64,000 bases of DNA from Escherichia coli (GCF_022846255.1 NZ_AP025682.1), one strand, 5' to 3'. Counted from the first letter of the stretch, positions 1-15,288 are shown. The notes: a model not told the origin generated them from the letters alone. Program-made: numbers and translations.

Positions 1-1
1 T

Positions 2-157
2 GATAAAAATATCGTTATTTTCACCCATAATCATTGCCTGACATATATTGCTAAAGATAAGCGTGATGCGACATTTAAACCTGATTATCTGGATGGTTTA
101 GTCATGCATGTGGAAAAAGGCAAAGTTTATCTGGATGGGGAATTCGTTAACCACTAA
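2..157 (+). CDS. ais: 3' end of ais/pmrG-like lipopolysaccharide core heptose(II)-phosphate phosphatase (partial, 5' end outside window)
   Basis: Open frame from window edge to TAA at 155-157; translated tail [51 protein letters not shown] matches my recollection of the Ais C-terminus; position next to nudI fits K-12 synteny. Confidence 0.6.
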   Translation, partial: DKNIVIFTHNHCLTYIAKDKRDATFKPDYLDGLVMHVEKGKVYLDGEFVNH

Positions 158-195
158 ATTTTCAATCTGACAGCCAGTAATGGCTGTCATCATTG

Positions 196-621
196 TTACA
201 GAAGACCTTTCAAACGTAACGTTTTTCGGGTGGCGACATTCAAATCATAGTGCGCCAGATCTTCAGGTTTTACCCACGCGTAGTCCTGAAACTCTTCGTT
301 TATTTTCACTTCTCGGTTGGCAGAAACGCAGTCAAAAATCAGGTAAATCATATAAATCTCTTCCTTGCGACCATCTGCATACGTCTTGGTGCGAATATCA
401 TCGCTGAAGGTCCACGGCGTGATTTCTGTCAAAAGCAGCTGTTCTCCCAGTTCTTCGCGAATTTCGCGGCGTAGTGCCTCTTCAATTCGTTCGCCAGGCT
501 CTACGCCGCCACCCGAAAGCGCCCATTGACCGGGGAAAACGCCGCGATCGTCGGCCATTTTACACAGCAAATAAGCACCATCATTTTGAATCAAAGGGCA
601 TACAATAGTCCGTTGTCGCAC
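196..621 (-). CDS. nudI: Nudix hydrolase NudI (nucleoside triphosphatase), 141 aa
   Basis: ORF track 141 aa; Nudix box [24 protein letters not shown] present. Confidence 0.85.
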
Positions 622-899
622 AGGGGTATTCCTTATAAATAAAAAGAAACCATGAGAATACGGTAACTCAGAAATATGTGAAAGTGACAGTAATCTCTTT
701 TGCGATTATAACTGCACTTATTATTATTTTTGTGTGTATCGATAAAGTATGTTTATTTTTTCGGCGTTTAATTATTTAAGAAGTATTTAGTTACAATAAG
801 TGACTAGATCCCTTTTTTCGCTCATTGAATCCTCTGTGCCAGGCAGTACAATCCCGCAGCTTTGGGAATTTTGATTTATTGCTTGTGGGAGAGGGGAAA

Positions 900-1442
900 A
901 TGAAAAAAATTGCGCTAGCAGGTCTGGCCGGAATGCTGTTGGTTTCTGCATCGGTCAATGCAATGAGCATCAGCGGCCAGGCGGGTAAAGAATACACCAA
1001 TATTGGTGTCGGTTTTGGGACTGAATCAACGGGCCTGGCGTTAAGCGGTAACTGGACACATAACGACGACGACGGTGACGTCGCGGGCGTGGGGCTGGGG
1101 TTGAATCTGCCTCTCGGGCCGTTAATGGCGACCGTTGGCGGAAAAGGCGTTTACACCAACCCGAATTACGGCGATGAAGGTTATGCCGCAGCGGTAGGAG
1201 GTGGTTTGCAGTGGAAAATTGGCAACAGCTTCCGCTTGTTTGGTGAGTATTACTACTCTCCGGATTCGCTCTCCAGCGGAATTAAAAGTTATGAAGAAGC
1301 GAATGCTGGCGCGCGTTACACCATTATGCGTCCAGTCAGCATTGAGGCTGGCTACCGTTACCTGAACCTGGCAGGTAAAAATGGCAATCGTGATAACGCC
1401 ATTGCTGATGGTCCGTATGTTGGGGTAAATGCCAGCTTCTGA
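900..1442 (+). CDS. yfaZ: YfaZ family outer-membrane protein, 180 aa
   Basis: ATG at 900 preceded by purine-rich SD (gagagggg); signal peptide MKKIALAGLAGMLLVSASVNA; length matches K-12 YfaZ; the ORF-track start at 825 is an upstream extension. Confidence 0.8.
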   Translation: MKKIALAGLAGMLLVSASVNAMSISGQAGKEYTNIGVGFGTESTGLALSGNWTHNDDDGDVAGVGLGLNLPLGPLMATVGGKGVYTNPNYGDEGYAAAVGGGLQWKIGNSFRLFGEYYYSPDSLSSGIKSYEEANAGARYTIMRPVSIEAGYRYLNLAGKNGNRDNAIADGPYVGVNASF

Positions 1443-1541
1443 CGCCTTCCGGCGCGGCGTTCTGTCGCGCCATTCAGTTTCTTACTACGCCCTGTCTCCC
1501 TTTGCGTTATAGTGATTCGATAACAAAAGCAGGAGATAACC

Positions 1542-2744
1542 ATGTTAAAAGTGGAAATGTTATCCACCGGGGATGAAGTGTTACACGGGCAAATCGTTGA
1601 CACTAACGCTGCCTGGCTGGCCGATTTTTTCTTTCATCAGGGGCTGCCATTATCTCGCCGCAATACGGTGGGGGATAACCTTGATGACTTAGTCACCATT
1701 CTTCGCGAACGTAGTCAGTACGCCGATGTGTTGATCGTTAACGGCGGGCTGGGACCGACCAGTGATGATTTAAGCGCACTCGCCGCTGCGACAGCAAAAG
1801 GTGAAGGCCTGGTGCTGCATGAAGCCTGGCTCAAAGAGATGGAACGCTATTTCCATGAACGGGGACGAGTAATGGCACCGAGCAACCGTAAACAAGCGGA
1901 GCTGCCTGCCAGTGCTGAATTTATCAATAACCCGGTAGGCACTGCCTGTGGTTTTGCCATACAGCTTAATCGTTGCCTGATGTTCTTTACCCCCGGCGTA
2001 CCGTCAGAATTTAAGGTGATGGTCGAGCACGAAATCCTGCCGCGCCTGCGCGAGCGTTTTTCTTTACCACAGCCGCCGGTTTGCCTGCGTTTGACTACCT
2101 TTGGTCGTTCGGAAAGCGATCTGGCACAAAGCCTGGACACTCTACAACTGCCGCCGGGCGTAACAATGGGCTATCGCTCCTCAATGCCGATTATCGAACT
2201 GAAACTCACCGGACCGGCAAGCGAGGAACAGGCGATGGAAAAACTGTGGCTGGACGTTAAACGTGTTGCCGGACAGAGCGTGATTTTCGAAGGCACCGAA
2301 GGACTGCCCGCGCAGATCAGTCGCGAATTGCAGAGCCGCCAGTTCAGCCTGACGCTGAGCGAGCAATTCACCGGTGGTTTATTGGCTTTGCAACTTTCTC
2401 GCGCAGATGCTCCATTGCTGGCGTGTGAAGTGGTTCCTTCACAGGAGGAAACCCTGGCGCAAACTGCGCACTGGATTACAGAACGGCGGGCGAACCATTT
2501 TGCTGGGTTGGCACTGGCTGTTTCTGGTCTGGAAGATGAGCATCTCAACTTTGCACTAGCCACGCCAGACGGCACTTTCGCTTTGCGTGTACATTTCAGT
2601 GCCACACGCTACAGTCTGGCTATTCGCCAGGAAGTCTGCGCAATGATGGCGCTTAATATGCTACGCCGTTGGTTAAACGGCCAGGACATCGCCAGCGAGC
2701 ATGGCTGGATTGAGGTTGTTGAGTCCATGACCTTATCTGTCTGA
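1542..2744 (+). CDS. yfaY: CinA-like competence/damage-inducible domain protein YfaY, 400 aa
   Basis: SD aggag at 1531-1535; protein recognised as CinA/MoCF-binding family. Confidence 0.8.
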   Translation: MLKVEMLSTGDEVLHGQIVDTNAAWLADFFFHQGLPLSRRNTVGDNLDDLVTILRERSQYADVLIVNGGLGPTSDDLSALAAATAKGEGLVLHEAWLKEMERYFHERGRVMAPSNRKQAELPASAEFINNPVGTACGFAIQLNRCLMFFTPGVPSEFKVMVEHEILPRLRERFSLPQPPVCLRLTTFGRSESDLAQSLDTLQLPPGVTMGYRSSMPIIELKLTGPASEEQAMEKLWLDVKRVAGQSVIFEGTEGLPAQISRELQSRQFSLTLSEQFTGGLLALQLSRADAPLLACEVVPSQEETLAQTAHWITERRANHFAGLALAVSGLEDEHLNFALATPDGTFALRVHFSATRYSLAIRQEVCAMMALNMLRRWLNGQDIASEHGWIEVVESMTLSV

Positions 2745-2963
2745 TTCCGCCACTCTGTGCCGGTTTACTGCACCGGCACATTCCCCCTCCGGCAAAATTT
2801 GTCCAACCTGTTGTACTCAATAAGAAAAAATCCGTGCGCTGATTCACAAATTTGTGCGTAATTTCTCCAGTCCGCTGGACGAGAAACGGGATTTGATGCG
2901 CTTCACAATTTTACTCCCCCTGAGCAACGAGACTGATTCCAGTATCTAAGACTGGAGTCCAGT

Positions 2964-3746
2964 ATGTTGGAATCAAGCAAAGTTCCCGCCCTGACACGGG
3001 CTATTGATATTCTCAATTTGATTGCCCGGATTGGCCCCTGTAGTGCTGCGACGATCATTGACACATTGGGGATCCCTAAAAGCACAGCCTATTTGCTGCT
3101 TAATGAACTCAGGCGTCAGCGTTTTCTTAGCCTTGATCATCAGGAAAATTTTTGTTTGTGGACCAGGCTGGTGGAGCTTTCCGGTCATGCGTTAAGCAAG
3201 ATGGATCTCCGGGAACTGGCTCGACCGCGTTTGACGCAACTGATGGATACCACCGGGCTGTTATGTCACCTGGGGATTATTGATAACGGCAGCGCTTATT
3301 ACATTTTGAAAGTGGAGTCATCAGCCACTATCAGCGTGCGTTCCCATGAAGGAAAAAGCCTTTCGCTTTATCGCTCCGGAATAGGTAAATGCCTGCTTGC
3401 CTGGCAACCTGCAGCTGTACAGCAAAGCATTATCGAAGGGCTGGTCTGGGAACGGGCGACACCCACAACGATTACTCATCCACAGCAACTTCACGAAGAA
3501 CTGGCGCGTATTCGCCGCCAGGGCTGGAGCTATGACAACGGCGAAGATTACGCCGATGTCCGTTGTGTCGCTGCGCCGGTGTTTAACGCCAATAACGAGC
3601 TTACTGCTGCGATTTCGGTGGTCGGTACCCGCTTACAAATCAATGAAGAATACCGTGATTATCTGGCGGGCAAGGCCATTGCCTGCGCCAGGGATATTTC
3701 ACGTTTGTTGGGATGGAAAAGTCCCTTTGACTTACAGGCCTCATAA
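2964..3746 (+). CDS. rhmR: IclR-family transcriptional regulator of the L-rhamnonate operon
   Basis: 260 aa; N-terminal HTH plus IclR effector domain; SD ggag at 2954-2957; first gene of rhmRDTA. Confidence 0.85.
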   Translation: MLESSKVPALTRAIDILNLIARIGPCSAATIIDTLGIPKSTAYLLLNELRRQRFLSLDHQENFCLWTRLVELSGHALSKMDLRELARPRLTQLMDTTGLLCHLGIIDNGSAYYILKVESSATISVRSHEGKSLSLYRSGIGKCLLAWQPAAVQQSIIEGLVWERATPTTITHPQQLHEELARIRRQGWSYDNGEDYADVRCVAAPVFNANNELTAAISVVGTRLQINEEYRDYLAGKAIACARDISRLLGWKSPFDLQAS

Positions 3747-3760
3747 CAATGGAGAACATC

Positions 3761-4966
3761 ATGACCCTACCAAAAATCAAACAGGTTCGCGCCTGGTTTA
3801 CTGGCGGTGCGACAGCAGAAAAAGGCGCTGGCGGCGGTGATTATCACGACCAGGGGGCGAATCACTGGATTGATGATCATATTGCCACCCCGATGAGTAA
3901 ATACCGCGAATACGAGCAGTCCCGCCAGTCATTTGGCATTAACGTTCTTGGCACGTTGATTGTTGAAGTTGAAGCAGAAAACGGCCAGACCGGATTCGCC
4001 GTTTCGACAGCCGGTGAAATGGGTTGTTTTATTGTCGAAAAACATCTTAACCGTTTCATTGAGGGTAAATGCGTCAGTGATATCAAACTGATCCACGATC
4101 AAATGCTCAATGCCACCCTGTATTACTCCGGCTCTGGTGGCCTGGTGATGAATACGATTTCCTGTGTCGATCTGGCTCTGTGGGATCTGTTCGGCAAAGT
4201 GGTCGGGCTTCCGGTTTATAAACTTTTAGGCGGCGCAGTTCGTGATGAGATTCAGTTCTACGCCACAGGTGCGCGTCCGGATCTGGCAAAAGAGATGGGC
4301 TTTATCGGTGGCAAAATGCCGACGCACTGGGGGCCACATGATGGCGATGCGGGGATCCGCAAAGATGCCGCTATGGTCGCGGATATGCGTGAAAAATGCG
4401 GTGAGGATTTCTGGTTAATGCTCGACTGCTGGATGAGTCAGGACGTGAACTATGCCATCAAACTGGCCCACGCTTGCGCGCCCTATAACCTGAAATGGAT
4501 CGAAGAGTGCCTGCCGCCACAGCAGTATGAAGGTTATCGCGAACTGAAACACAACGCACCAGCGGGGATGATGGTCACCAGCGGTGAGCACCACGGCACA
4601 CTGCAATCTTTCCGTACGCTTTCAGAAACCGGTATCGACATTATGCAGCCGGATGTTGGCTGGTGCGGTGGCTTAACCACGCTGGTGGAAATTGCCGCAA
4701 TCGCCAAATCCAGGGGGCAACTGGTGGTGCCGCACGGTTCGTCTGTTTACTCCCACCATGCGGTGATCACCTTCACCAATACGCCATTCAGCGAATTCCT
4801 GATGACCAGCCCGGATTGTTCAACGATGCGTCCGCAATTTGATCCGATTCTGCTTAATGAGCCAGTGCCGGTGAATGGTCGTATTCATAAATCAGTGCTT
4901 GATAAACCCGGTTTCGGCGTCGAACTCAATCGTGACTGCAATTTGAAACGCCCCTACAGCCACTAA
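3761..4966 (+). CDS. rhmD: L-rhamnonate dehydratase (enolase superfamily), 401 aa
   Basis: ATG 3761 with SD ggag 3751-3754; length matches K-12 RhmD; ORF-track start 3749 adds MENI. Confidence 0.85.
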   Translation: MTLPKIKQVRAWFTGGATAEKGAGGGDYHDQGANHWIDDHIATPMSKYREYEQSRQSFGINVLGTLIVEVEAENGQTGFAVSTAGEMGCFIVEKHLNRFIEGKCVSDIKLIHDQMLNATLYYSGSGGLVMNTISCVDLALWDLFGKVVGLPVYKLLGGAVRDEIQFYATGARPDLAKEMGFIGGKMPTHWGPHDGDAGIRKDAAMVADMREKCGEDFWLMLDCWMSQDVNYAIKLAHACAPYNLKWIEECLPPQQYEGYRELKHNAPAGMMVTSGEHHGTLQSFRTLSETGIDIMQPDVGWCGGLTTLVEIAAIAKSRGQLVVPHGSSVYSHHAVITFTNTPFSEFLMTSPDCSTMRPQFDPILLNEPVPVNGRIHKSVLDKPGFGVELNRDCNLKRPYSH

Positions 4967-5022
4967 TCATTCCGGGCGTTGCTGTGACAACGGTAACGCC
5001 CACATATTCTAAGGAGCTTTTT

Positions 5023-6312
5023 ATGAGCACCGCTTTGCTTGACGCCGTGGTGAAGAAAAACCGTGCGCGTTTAATTCCGTTTATGTTGGCGCTGTATGTG
5101 CTGGCGTTTCTCGACCGTTCGAATATCGGTTTTGCCAAACAGACCTACCAGATTGATACCGGGCTGAGTAATGAAGCTTATGCGCTGGGAGCAGGCATTT
5201 TCTTTGTGGTATATGCGTTTCTGGGTGTTCCGGCGAATCTTTTGATGCGCAAACTGGGGGCAAGAACCTGGATTGGTACGACAACACTGCTGTGGGGATT
5301 TCTTTCGGCAGCCATGGCATGGGCCGATACTGAAGCGAAATTTCTGATCGTTCGTACTCTGCTTGGTGCTGCGGAGGCCGGGTTCTTCCCTGGTATGATT
5401 TATCTCACCTCGCAATGGTTTCCGCAGCGTAATCGCGCCAGCATTATGGGGCTGTTCTATATGGGCGCACCGTTGGCGTTAACACTGGGATCACCGCTTT
5501 CCGGCGCGCTGCTGGAGATGCATGGATTTATGGGGCATCCCGGCTGGTTCTGGATGTTTGTGATTGAAGGATTGCTGGCAGTCGGCGCTGGGGTATTCAC
5601 ATTCTTTTGGCTTGATGACACGCCGGAGCAGGCACGTTTTCTGAGTAAAGAAGAAAAAACGTTGCTTATCAACCAACTGGCAAGTGAAGAACAACAGAAA
5701 GTGACTTCTCGATTGAGCGATGCGCTGCGTAATGGCCGAGTCTGGCAACTGGCGATTATCTACCTGACCATTCAGGTGGCGGTTTACGGATTAATTTTCT
5801 TCCTGCCGACGCAGGTTGCTGCATTGTTGGGGACAAAAGTGGGCTTTACGGCGTCGGTGGTCACCGCCATTCCGTGGGTCGCGGCCTTGTTTGGGACCTG
5901 GCTTATTCCGCGCTATTCCGATAAAACCGGCGAGCGGCGTAATGTCGCGGCGCTGACATTACTGGCGGCAGGCATTGGTATTGGTCTCTCCGGGCTGCTT
6001 TCTCCAGTACTGGCGATCGTTGCGCTGTGTGTTGCAGCCATCGGGTTTATTGCCGTACAGCCAGTGTTCTGGACGATGCCGACACAGCTTCTTTCCGGTA
6101 CGGCGCTGGCTGCGGGGATTGGTTTTATAAACCTGTTTGGTGCAGTGGGCGGGTTTATTGCCCCGATCCTGCGCGTGAAAGCAGAAACGTTATTTTCCAG
6201 CGATGCGGCGGGATTACTGACGCTGGCAGCGGTGGCGGTCATCGGTTCGCTGATTATTTTCACTCTGCGTGTAAATCGCACTGTTGCGCAGACCGACGTG
6301 GCACATCATTAA
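5023..6312 (+). CDS. rhmT: MFS transporter for L-rhamnonate, 429 aa
   Basis: ATG 5023 with SD aaggag 5011-5016; multi-pass hydrophobic protein; ORF-track start 4984 is an extension. Confidence 0.85.
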   Translation: MSTALLDAVVKKNRARLIPFMLALYVLAFLDRSNIGFAKQTYQIDTGLSNEAYALGAGIFFVVYAFLGVPANLLMRKLGARTWIGTTTLLWGFLSAAMAWADTEAKFLIVRTLLGAAEAGFFPGMIYLTSQWFPQRNRASIMGLFYMGAPLALTLGSPLSGALLEMHGFMGHPGWFWMFVIEGLLAVGAGVFTFFWLDDTPEQARFLSKEEKTLLINQLASEEQQKVTSRLSDALRNGRVWQLAIIYLTIQVAVYGLIFFLPTQVAALLGTKVGFTASVVTAIPWVAALFGTWLIPRYSDKTGERRNVAALTLLAAGIGIGLSGLLSPVLAIVALCVAAIGFIAVQPVFWTMPTQLLSGTALAAGIGFINLFGAVGGFIAPILRVKAETLFSSDAAGLLTLAAVAVIGSLIIFTLRVNRTVAQTDVAHH

Positions 6313-6328
6313 ATAGTTAAGGAACACG

Positions 6329-7132
6329 ATGAACGCATTATTAACCAATCCCTTTAAAGAACGTTTACGCAAGGGCGAAGTGCAAATTGGTCTGTGGTTA
6401 AGCTCAACGACTGCCTATATGGCAGAAATTGCCGCCACTTCCGGTTATGACTGGTTGCTGATTGACGGGGAGCATGCGCCAAACACCATTCAGGATCTTT
6501 ATCACCAGCTACAGGCGGTAGCGCCCTATGCCAGCCACCCCGTGATCCGTCCGGTGGAAGGCAGTAAGCCGCTGATTAAACAAGTCCTGGATATTGGCGC
6601 GCAAACTCTACTGATCCCAATGGTCGATACTGCCGATCAGGCACGTCAGGTGGTGTCTGCCACGCGCTATCCTCCCTACGGTGAGCGTGGTGTTGGGGCC
6701 AGTGTGGCACGGGCTGCGCGCTGGGGACGCATTGAGAATTACATGGCGCAAGTCAACGATTCGCTTTGTCTGTTGGTGCAGGTGGAAAGTAAAACGGCAC
6801 TGGATAACCTGGACGAAATCCTCGATGTTGAAGGGATTGATGGCGTGTTTATTGGACCTGCGGATCTTTCTGCGTCGTTGGGCTACCCGGATAACGCCGG
6901 GCACCCGGAAGTGCAGCGAATTATTGAAACCAGCATTCGGCGGATCCGTGCTGCGGGTAAAGCGGCTGGTTTTCTGGCTGTGGCTCCTGATATGGCGCAG
7001 CAATGCCTGGCGTGGGGAGCGAACTTTGTCGCTGTTGGCGTTGACACGATGCTCTACAGCGATGCCCTGGATCAACGACTGGCGATGTTTAAATCAGGCA
7101 AAAATGGGCCACGCGTAAAAGGTAGTTATTGA
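6329..7132 (+). CDS. rhmA: 2-keto-3-deoxy-L-rhamnonate aldolase (HpcH/HpaI family), 267 aa
   Basis: Protein recognised; last gene of rhm operon. Confidence 0.85.
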   Translation: MNALLTNPFKERLRKGEVQIGLWLSSTTAYMAEIAATSGYDWLLIDGEHAPNTIQDLYHQLQAVAPYASHPVIRPVEGSKPLIKQVLDIGAQTLLIPMVDTADQARQVVSATRYPPYGERGVGASVARAARWGRIENYMAQVNDSLCLLVQVESKTALDNLDEILDVEGIDGVFIGPADLSASLGYPDNAGHPEVQRIIETSIRRIRAAGKAAGFLAVAPDMAQQCLAWGANFVAVGVDTMLYSDALDQRLAMFKSGKNGPRVKGSY

Positions 7133-7172
7133 TATCAAAGGCCCATGGGGATCGGCTGTGGGCCTGTGTTAA

Positions 7173-7346
7173 TTAGTGGTTATTCGCTGCCAGATCGGCT
7201 TCGCTTAGCTGAGTGGCCGCGAGCACCTGATCACGATCAATGCCCTGCTCCAGCATGCGCAAAGCAATTTTAATGGCTTGTTCATGCATGCCTTCCTGCC
7301 AGCCAATTTGATGTCCTTCCTGCCGTAGCCGTTCAGCAATAGTCAT
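7173..7346 (-). CDS. ypaA: Small Rpn C-terminal-domain-only protein (RpnE/YpaA-like), 57 aa
   Basis: Hand-translated: [57 protein letters not shown]; paralogous to the last ~75 aa of the adjacent yfaD product; same SD-containing sequence attaatctctcctttt precedes it; below the 60-aa ORF-track cutoff. Confidence 0.6.
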   Translation of the reverse strand: MTIAERLRQEGHQIGWQEGMHEQAIKIALRMLEQGIDRDQVLAATQLSEADLAANNH

Positions 7347-7358
7347 TAATCTCTCCTT

Positions 7359-8318
7359 TTAATGACCGTTCGGAATATCAGCATCAGTGAGTTGGGTTGT
7401 CGCCAGCACAATCTCACGTTCAAAGCCCTGTTCCAGCATGCGCAAGGCAATTTTAATGGCTTGTTCATGCATACCTTCTACTTTGCCTTTCTGCAAACCC
7501 TCCAATTTCCCCTCCTGCCAGCCTTCTAATTTACCTTCCTGCCAGCCAATTTGATGTCCTTCCTGCCGCAGCCGTTCAGCAATAGTCATTAATCTCTCCT
7601 TTTGTAGTGGTGAACGTTCGGCAATCTCCTCAATAAAACGGGTGAAACGGGAGGTATCGCCGCATTGCAGCAGATAATTAAACAGCGTTTGTAGCTGGCT
7701 GTCATTAGTGAAGCCTCTAACCAAAAGCGTGGTAATCCTGTCGACCATACCGATTAAATCGCGGTCGCGAATATGCTTTTGAATCAGTTCCAGCAGAGCT
7801 ATACGCCGATGTTGCATGATCTCATCGTCAGGTACGATGGTGATATCCACCAACGGAAAAGCTTCGGTGTACAACTGCCGGGCAAGTTGCGGATCGTCAA
7901 ACTCATCCAGCCAGTTGAGTGAGTACGGGTAGGGCGAGGTTTCGCCATGATAAAACAGCAATGGTACCACCAGCGGAACTCTGTCATAGCCTTTATCCAG
8001 GTGACGTTGCATGGCGGCAGTGGCATAGCGCATTAGTCGAAAAGCCATATTCTTTTCTGCAGAACTTTGATGTTCAATCACGCAGTAGATATAGCCGTCA
8101 CCGTCGCTGGTTTCCACCGACCACAAAACATCCGAGTAGTAAGCGCGTAAACTTTTTTCAATAAAGCTGGTGGGTTCCAGGCGTAAGGTTTGCAGGTTGC
8201 AAAGCTTGCGCAGCGGCTCTGGCAGATGTATTTCGAGAAAATCTCGCGCCGTATCGGGCGAGAACATAAAGGTTTTAAATACCGCATCATGCGGGGAGGA
8301 GGTTGTTGATTCGGTCAT
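7359..8318 (-). CDS. yfaD: Recombination-promoting nuclease RpnB (PD-(D/E)XK, transposase_31/YhgA-like family), 319 aa
   Basis: N-terminus [17 protein letters not shown] typical of Rpn/YhgA family; C-terminal xxEG tetrapeptide repeats. Confidence 0.8.
   Translation of the reverse strand: MTESTTSSPHDAVFKTFMFSPDTARDFLEIHLPEPLRKLCNLQTLRLEPTSFIEKSLRAYYSDVLWSVETSDGDGYIYCVIEHQSSAEKNMAFRLMRYATAAMQRHLDKGYDRVPLVVPLLFYHGETSPYPYSLNWLDEFDDPQLARQLYTEAFPLVDITIVPDDEIMQHRRIALLELIQKHIRDRDLIGMVDRITTLLVRGFTNDSQLQTLFNYLLQCGDTSRFTRFIEEIAERSPLQKERLMTIAERLRQEGHQIGWQEGKLEGWQEGKLEGLQKGKVEGMHEQAIKIALRMLEQGFEREIVLATTQLTDADIPNGH
7473..7544 (-). repeat. In-frame tandem repeat inside yfaD encoding [24 protein letters not shown] (three 24-bp units)
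   Basis: Read directly from codons 7473-7544; the ypaA copy has only one WQEG unit. Confidence 0.7.
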
Positions 8319-8511
8319 GGTTGTCCGTCACCTGATGTTTATGATGACGCGACATTACGGTTATCCCAGGCCTTTGACATCTGCCAGTTTCAGCCTTTGC
8401 GAGACGTTTTCAGAGGAATTTTCACTGCGTTGCAACGTATACATTGAGCGCGGAATCGTGGACGCAAAAATGCCCGGTAACAACATGCTTACCGGGCATC
8501 AGATGGGAGTT

Positions 8512-12576
<4,065 letters not shown>

Positions 12577-12848
12577 TGTTATCCCTCTGAAGTTCGTTTT
12601 TTACCATTTAGCCATAGTAAAAACATGAATTGTTTGATTTCGCGCATATTCGCTCATAATTCGAAAGTGAAACGTGATTTCATGCGTCATTTTGAACATT
12701 CTGTAAATCTTATTTAATAATGTGTGCGGTAATTCACATTTAATTTCTGAATGTTTTCTTAACATCGCGGCAACTCAAGAAACGGCAGGTTCTCCCACTG
12801 AATCAGGCTGTTAATCATAAATAAGACCACGGGCCACGGAGGCTTTCA
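12577..12848. promoter_or_regulatory. Divergent glpACB / glpTQ control region
   Basis: 272-bp AT-rich spacer between divergent glpA and glpT starts; contains a CRP-like site and tandem ttcgc-containing repeats (tttcgcgcat attcgctcat aattcgaaag) resembling GlpR operator half-sites. Confidence 0.6.
12723..12738. promoter_or_regulatory. CRP-binding site candidate (TGTGC-N6-TCACA)
   Basis: tgtgcggtaattcaca matches the CRP consensus TGTGA-N6-TCACA with one mismatch. Confidence 0.55.
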
Positions 12849-14207
12849 ATGTTGAGTATTTTTAAACCAGCGCCACACAAAGCGCGCTTACCTGCCGCGG
12901 AGATCGATCCGACTTATCGTCGATTGCGCTGGCAAATTTTCCTGGGGATATTCTTTGGCTATGCTGCTTACTATTTGGTTCGTAAGAACTTTGCGCTTGC
13001 TATGCCTTACCTGGTCGAGCAGGGATTCTCACGCGGTGATTTAGGTTTCGCGCTTTCTGGGATCTCGATCGCTTATGGATTTTCGAAATTCATCATGGGC
13101 TCGGTGTCGGATCGCTCGAATCCGCGCGTTTTCCTGCCCGCAGGTTTGATTCTGGCGGCGGCAGTGATGTTGTTTATGGGCTTTGTGCCGTGGGCGACGT
13201 CGAGCATTGCGGTGATGTTTGTACTGTTGTTCCTCTGCGGTTGGTTCCAGGGGATGGGGTGGCCGCCGTGTGGTCGTACTATGGTGCACTGGTGGTCGCA
13301 GAAAGAACGTGGCGGCATTGTGTCAGTGTGGAACTGTGCGCACAACGTCGGTGGTGGTATTCCGCCGCTGCTGTTCCTGCTGGGGATGGCCTGGTTCAAT
13401 GACTGGCACGCGGCGCTCTATATGCCCGCTTTCTGCGCCATTCTGGTGGCACTGTTCGCCTTTGCGATGATGCGCGATACCCCGCAATCTTGTGGCCTGC
13501 CGCCGATCGAAGAGTACAAAAATGATTATCCGGACGACTATAACGAAAAAGCGGAACAGGAACTGACTGCGAAGCAAATCTTCATGCAGTACGTGCTGCC
13601 GAACAAATTGCTGTGGTACATCGCTATCGCCAACGTGTTCGTTTATCTGCTGCGTTACGGCATCCTCGACTGGTCACCGACTTATCTGAAAGAGGTGAAA
13701 CACTTCGCGCTGGATAAATCCTCCTGGGCCTACTTCTTCTATGAGTATGCGGGCATTCCGGGCACCCTGCTGTGCGGCTGGATGTCGGATAAAGTCTTCC
13801 GTGGCAACCGTGGGGCCACCGGCGTCTTCTTTATGACACTGGTGACCATCGCGACTATCGTTTACTGGATGAACCCGGCAGGTAACCCAACCGTAGATAT
13901 GATTTGTATGATTGTTATCGGCTTCCTGATCTACGGCCCTGTGATGCTGATCGGTCTGCATGCGCTGGAACTGGCACCGAAAAAAGCGGCAGGTACGGCA
14001 GCGGGCTTTACCGGGCTGTTTGGTTACCTCGGCGGTTCGGTGGCGGCGAGCGCGATTGTTGGCTACACCGTGGACTTCTTCGGCTGGGATGGCGGCTTTA
14101 TGGTAATGATTGGCGGCAGCATTCTCGCGGTTATCTTGTTGATTGTTGTGATGATTGGCGAAAAACGTCGCCATCAGGAATTACTGCAAAAACGCAACGG
14201 AGGCTAA
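12849..14207 (+). CDS. glpT: Glycerol-3-phosphate:phosphate antiporter (MFS), 452 aa
   Basis: Protein recognised; 452 aa. Confidence 0.9.
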   Translation: MLSIFKPAPHKARLPAAEIDPTYRRLRWQIFLGIFFGYAAYYLVRKNFALAMPYLVEQGFSRGDLGFALSGISIAYGFSKFIMGSVSDRSNPRVFLPAGLILAAAVMLFMGFVPWATSSIAVMFVLLFLCGWFQGMGWPPCGRTMVHWWSQKERGGIVSVWNCAHNVGGGIPPLLFLLGMAWFNDWHAALYMPAFCAILVALFAFAMMRDTPQSCGLPPIEEYKNDYPDDYNEKAEQELTAKQIFMQYVLPNKLLWYIAIANVFVYLLRYGILDWSPTYLKEVKHFALDKSSWAYFFYEYAGIPGTLLCGWMSDKVFRGNRGATGVFFMTLVTIATIVYWMNPAGNPTVDMICMIVIGFLIYGPVMLIGLHALELAPKKAAGTAAGFTGLFGYLGGSVAASAIVGYTVDFFGWDGGFMVMIGGSILAVILLIVVMIGEKRRHQELLQKRNGG

Positions 14208-14211
14208 TGGC

Positions 14212-15288
14212 ATGAAATTGACGCTGAAAAACCTTAGCATGGCGATCATGATGAGCACTATGGTCATGGGAAGTAGTGCAATGGCGGCGGACAGCAACGA
14301 AAAAATAGTCATCGCCCATCGCGGTGCCAGTGGATATTTGCCGGAGCATACGCTGCCAGCAAAAGCGATGGCTTATGCGCAGGGAGCGGATTATCTGGAA
14401 CAGGATTTGGTGATGACGAAGGACGACCATCTGGTTGTCCTGCATGACCATTATCTCGATCGTGTTACTGATGTTGCCGATCGTTTCCCGGATCGGGCGC
14501 GCAAAGACGGTCGTTACTACGCGATAGATTTCACGCTCGATGAAATTAAGTCACTGAAATTTACCGAAGGTTTCGATATTGAAAACGGTAAGAAAGTACA
14601 GACTTATCCGGGGCGTTTCCCGATGGGTAAATCTGACTTCCGGGTACACACTTTCGAAGAAGAGATTGAATTTGTTCAGGGGTTAAATCACTCTACCGGG
14701 AAAAATATCGGTATCTATCCAGAAATTAAAGCGCCGTGGTTCCATCATCAGGAAGGGAAGGATATTGCGGCAAAAACGCTGGAAGTGCTGAAGAAATATG
14801 GTTACACCGGTAAGGACGACAAAGTTTATTTGCAATGTTTTGATGCTGATGAGCTGAAGCGTATTAAGAATGTGCTGGAACCCAAAATGGGTATGGATCT
14901 CAATCTGGTACAGCTGATTGCCTATACCGACTGGAATGAAACGCAGCAGAAACAGCCGGACGGAAGCTGGGTTAATTACAACTACGACTGGATGTTTAAG
15001 CCGGGGGCCATGAAACAGGTGGCGGAATATGCTGATGGTATTGGTCCGGATTACCATATGTTGATTGAGGAGACATCGCAGCCGGGTAATATCAAACTCA
15101 CTGGCATGGTGCAAGATGCTCAGCAGAACAAGCTGGTAGTGCATCCTTATACCGTGCGGTCAGATAAACTGCCTGAATACACTACTGATGTGAATCAGTT
15201 ATATGATGCTCTGTATAACAAAGCGGGTGTAAATGGGCTATTTACTGATTTCCCTGATAAGGCAGTAAAATTCCTTAATAAAGAGTAA
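14212..15288 (+). CDS. glpQ: Periplasmic glycerophosphodiester phosphodiesterase, 358 aa
   Basis: ATG 14212 with SD ggagg 14199-14203 inside glpT 3' end; signal peptide MKLTLKNLSMAIMMSTMVMGSSAMA; ORF-track start 14155 is an extension. Confidence 0.9.
   Translation: MKLTLKNLSMAIMMSTMVMGSSAMAADSNEKIVIAHRGASGYLPEHTLPAKAMAYAQGADYLEQDLVMTKDDHLVVLHDHYLDRVTDVADRFPDRARKDGRYYAIDFTLDEIKSLKFTEGFDIENGKKVQTYPGRFPMGKSDFRVHTFEEEIEFVQGLNHSTGKNIGIYPEIKAPWFHHQEGKDIAAKTLEVLKKYGYTGKDDKVYLQCFDADELKRIKNVLEPKMGMDLNLVQLIAYTDWNETQQKQPDGSWVNYNYDWMFKPGAMKQVAEYADGIGPDYHMLIEETSQPGNIKLTGMVQDAQQNKLVVHPYTVRSDKLPEYTTDVNQLYDALYNKAGVNGLFTDFPDKAVKFLNKE

Noticed and set aside
3397-3840. 147-aa ORF spanning the rhmR/rhmD junction in another frame, and a 121-aa ORF at 8170-8535 across the yfaD/glpC junction
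   Set aside because: Out-of-frame overlaps with recognised genes, Arg/Trp-rich composition typical of spurious frames, no start context
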